Shown here piece after piece: positions 62,406 through 64,000 of a stretch of DNA of 64,000 bases. The position numbers were made by a program, and so were the translations under genes. Origin of the DNA: a virus; IMG/VR virus record IMGVR_UViG_3300023073_000004, positions 1,113 to 65,112 of that record; one strand, 5' to 3'. The notes under the pieces were generated by a model. The model was not told where the DNA came from, did not search any database, and was given only the letters and a program-made list of their open reading frames with translations. How positions within the stretch are numbered: the stretch's first letter is position 1; each line of letters begins with the position of its first letter.

Positions 62406-63002
62406 ATGCAAAACCTCCTCCACTTCGAAGCCGCCCGCCTTTGGCTGGTCGGCATCCACCCGATCGCCCCCTGGGCCGTCCTGGCCGCGCTCTTCTGGGG
62501 CCTCGACCACCTGCTCGACGCCACGGGCGCAACGGCCAAGCTCGAGAAGGCGGTCACCTGGGGCCCGCTCGCAGCGCGCACACTGGACACCCTGCCCTTC
62601 GTCGTCCTGGGCGCCGCCTGGCCCGCTGTGTCGTCCGGTGACCTCGCGGTCGACTCCGCGGTCTACGGCGCCCTGGCGGCGGCTCTGCGGCCCGTCGTGG
62701 TGGCAGCCAAGGCCTGGGTCGACTCCCGCAATGCCTCTCCTCCGGACAGCGGCACGCCCGGCGCTGGCCCCTCTCTCCTCCCCCTCCTCCTGGTGCTGGG
62801 GTGCCTCTGTTCCGGAGCCTCTACGGGGTGCCTGACCAAGCAGGAGACCGCCTGCGTGGCCCAGGTCGAAGCCGTCGAGACCCTGGCCATCGGCGTCCAC
62901 TGCGTTCCGCTGGACGGCCAGGCGTACGACGACTGCATCGACGAGCAAGGCGCGAAGTTCGACCCGCTCGCCAAGGCTTGCTTCCAGGCAGGTGCGAAGT
63001 GA
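62406..63002 (+). CDS. Holin/spanin-like multi-TM protein with a Cys-rich C-terminus
   Basis: Several hydrophobic helices then LLLVLGCLCSGASTGC and paired Cys; AGGAAAACCC RBS. Confidence 0.5.
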   Translation: MQNLLHFEAARLWLVGIHPIAPWAVLAALFWGLDHLLDATGATAKLEKAVTWGPLAARTLDTLPFVVLGAAWPAVSSGDLAVDSAVYGALAAALRPVVVAAKAWVDSRNASPPDSGTPGAGPSLLPLLLVLGCLCSGASTGCLTKQETACVAQVEAVETLAIGVHCVPLDGQAYDDCIDEQGAKFDPLAKACFQAGAK

Positions 63003-63133
63003 CCCCGATCGACTGGGTGAACCTCATCGGCGCGGCCGCTGGGCTCGGGCTGGCGGCTCTCGGTGGGTCCAAGGCCAAGAAGGTGCTGGCGGCCCGGAAG
63101 CTGAAGCGGGAAGCGCTGAAGGCCATGAAGTGA
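62999..63133 (+). CDS. Small membrane peptide with a basic tail (holin-like)
   Basis: MTPIDWVNLIGAAAGLGLAALGG + KAKKVLAARKLKR. Confidence 0.5.
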   Translation: MTPIDWVNLIGAAAGLGLAALGGSKAKKVLAARKLKREALKAMK

Positions 63134-63603
63134 GCGAACCCTACGACTCCAAAGCCGACACGCTGGAGCACATCCAGCACGTTCGCGACGGCATCGGCCA
63201 CGCGATCTCGGAGCTGGCCTACCGCGCCAAGATCCACGATCGGACGAAGCTCGGGCCGAACGAGAAGCCGACCTTCGACAGGGTGACGCCGCTACTCCGA
63301 GGGCTCACGTACGGCAGCCAGGAGTACAAGGATTCGCTGGCGTCGATGGGTCCGGCGCTCGCTCACCACTACGCGAGCCACAGGCACCACCCGGAGCACT
63401 TCGGCGAGGCCGGCATCCGCGGGATGAACCTGGTCGACGCCTTGGAGATGGTCATCGACTGGAGCGCCTCGGTGAAGCGCCATGCCGACGGCGACCTGCA
63501 TCGGAGCATCGACCTGAACCAGGCGCGCTTCGGCTACTCGGACGACTTGAAGGCCATGATGCACAACACGGCGGATTGGCTGCTCAGCCTGGACGCAAAG
63601 TGA
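63130..63603 (+). CDS. HD-like phosphohydrolase (DUF5662-like phage protein)
   Basis: TLEHIQHV...HDRTKL...HHYASHRHHPEHF...MNLVDALEMVIDW. Confidence 0.8.
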   Translation: MSEPYDSKADTLEHIQHVRDGIGHAISELAYRAKIHDRTKLGPNEKPTFDRVTPLLRGLTYGSQEYKDSLASMGPALAHHYASHRHHPEHFGEAGIRGMNLVDALEMVIDWSASVKRHADGDLHRSIDLNQARFGYSDDLKAMMHNTADWLLSLDAK

Positions 63604-63944
63604 AAACCTGGATGTTGGAGCACGCCGCGGTGGCTTTCGTGCTGCTGGCGACGTGGGCGACATCCGGCTTCGGTTGGCTCGAATTCGCAGGCTGCGCCGC
63701 GGTCCAATGCGCCTTCGGGCACGCGGCAATCGCTGACCGATTCGCCGAACGTGAGGCGCTCCGAACGGTGCCCGAGGTCGAGTGCCACCGATCGAGCCTC
63801 CGCTATTTCGTGGCCAAGGAAGTTCTCTGGCTCGCGTACTTCGTCGGCCACAAGAGCTGGTCGGCCATCGTCGGTGTTGGCGTCTTCCTGGCCTATCCGG
63901 CCTGGCGCCGCTGGTACCGAGCACGCTTCCCGATCGGCAGATGA
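63600..63944 (+). CDS. Conserved phage membrane protein
   Basis: TM segments; FGHAAIADRFAERE...VECH...YFVAKEVLW...YPAWRRWYR. Confidence 0.65.
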   Translation: MKTWMLEHAAVAFVLLATWATSGFGWLEFAGCAAVQCAFGHAAIADRFAEREALRTVPEVECHRSSLRYFVAKEVLWLAYFVGHKSWSAIVGVGVFLAYPAWRRWYRARFPIGR

Positions 63945-64000
63945 CCAACCTGTAAGCCCCGCTTACCAGTTCGACTGACCATGTCCCTCGAAGACCCCCG

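Larger units (their letters stand above)
1..64000. mobile_element. Temperate tailed bacteriophage genome (siphovirus-like), near-complete, circularly permuted
   Basis: Terminase, portal, capsid, tail tube, tape measure, integrase/excisionase, repressor/Cro and replication modules all present; no host housekeeping genes seen. Confidence 0.95.

Noticed and set aside
1-64000. CRISPR array, rRNA, complete tRNA gene, or reverse transcriptase/diversity-generating retroelement
   Set aside because: No repeat-spacer array, no full cloverleaf with a TTCGA T-loop and no RT motifs were seen by eye; the only tRNA-like piece is the 16-nt attP core

Overview
This window is an essentially complete, high-GC temperate tailed phage genome of siphovirus type, apparently circularly permuted and in the free (attP-intact) state. 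Layout: 1-5373 (+) membrane and fibre/virion accessory genes ending in a bidirectional terminator. 5.4-20.5 kb (-) is a tightly coupled early-left operon with a Thg1-like 3'-5' polymerase, an AcrVA2-like-motif protein, two DNA methyltransferases, an SNF2-type helicase, an SSB-like protein, a Sak4-like ATPase, a PD-(D/E)XK exonuclease and many small ORFs. 20.5-23.3 kb is the immunity region (ImmA/IrrE-like protease, repressor, Cro, Bro-N antirepressor, twin operators). 23.3-37 kb (+) holds a transglycosylase-like protein, an HD-domain mosaic ORF, excisionase, tyrosine integrase, HAD and ASCH-like proteins, a frameshifted RusA-like gene, a replication initiator with iteron-like repeats, primase, DnaB-like helicase and a Q-like regulator. 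37.4-64 kb (+) holds terminase, portal, head, GroES-like, tail, tape measure, baseplate/tip and lysis-type membrane genes. Two features stand out. (1) A candidate attP (tRNA-Ser/Sec-like 3' end core plus arm repeats) lies inside the integrase coding sequence, as in myxophage Mx8, so integration would rewrite the integrase C-terminus. (2) A TnpB-only IS200/IS605 element sits between two stop/start-coupled virion genes; its TAM (TCAT), guide and empty site can be reconstructed, and its left end appears to supply a new Shine-Dalgarno for the downstream gene. A Myxococcota-like host is only an inference. No CRISPR array, rRNA, full tRNA gene or reverse transcriptase was seen. Family assignments come from motif recognition by eye, not database searches.
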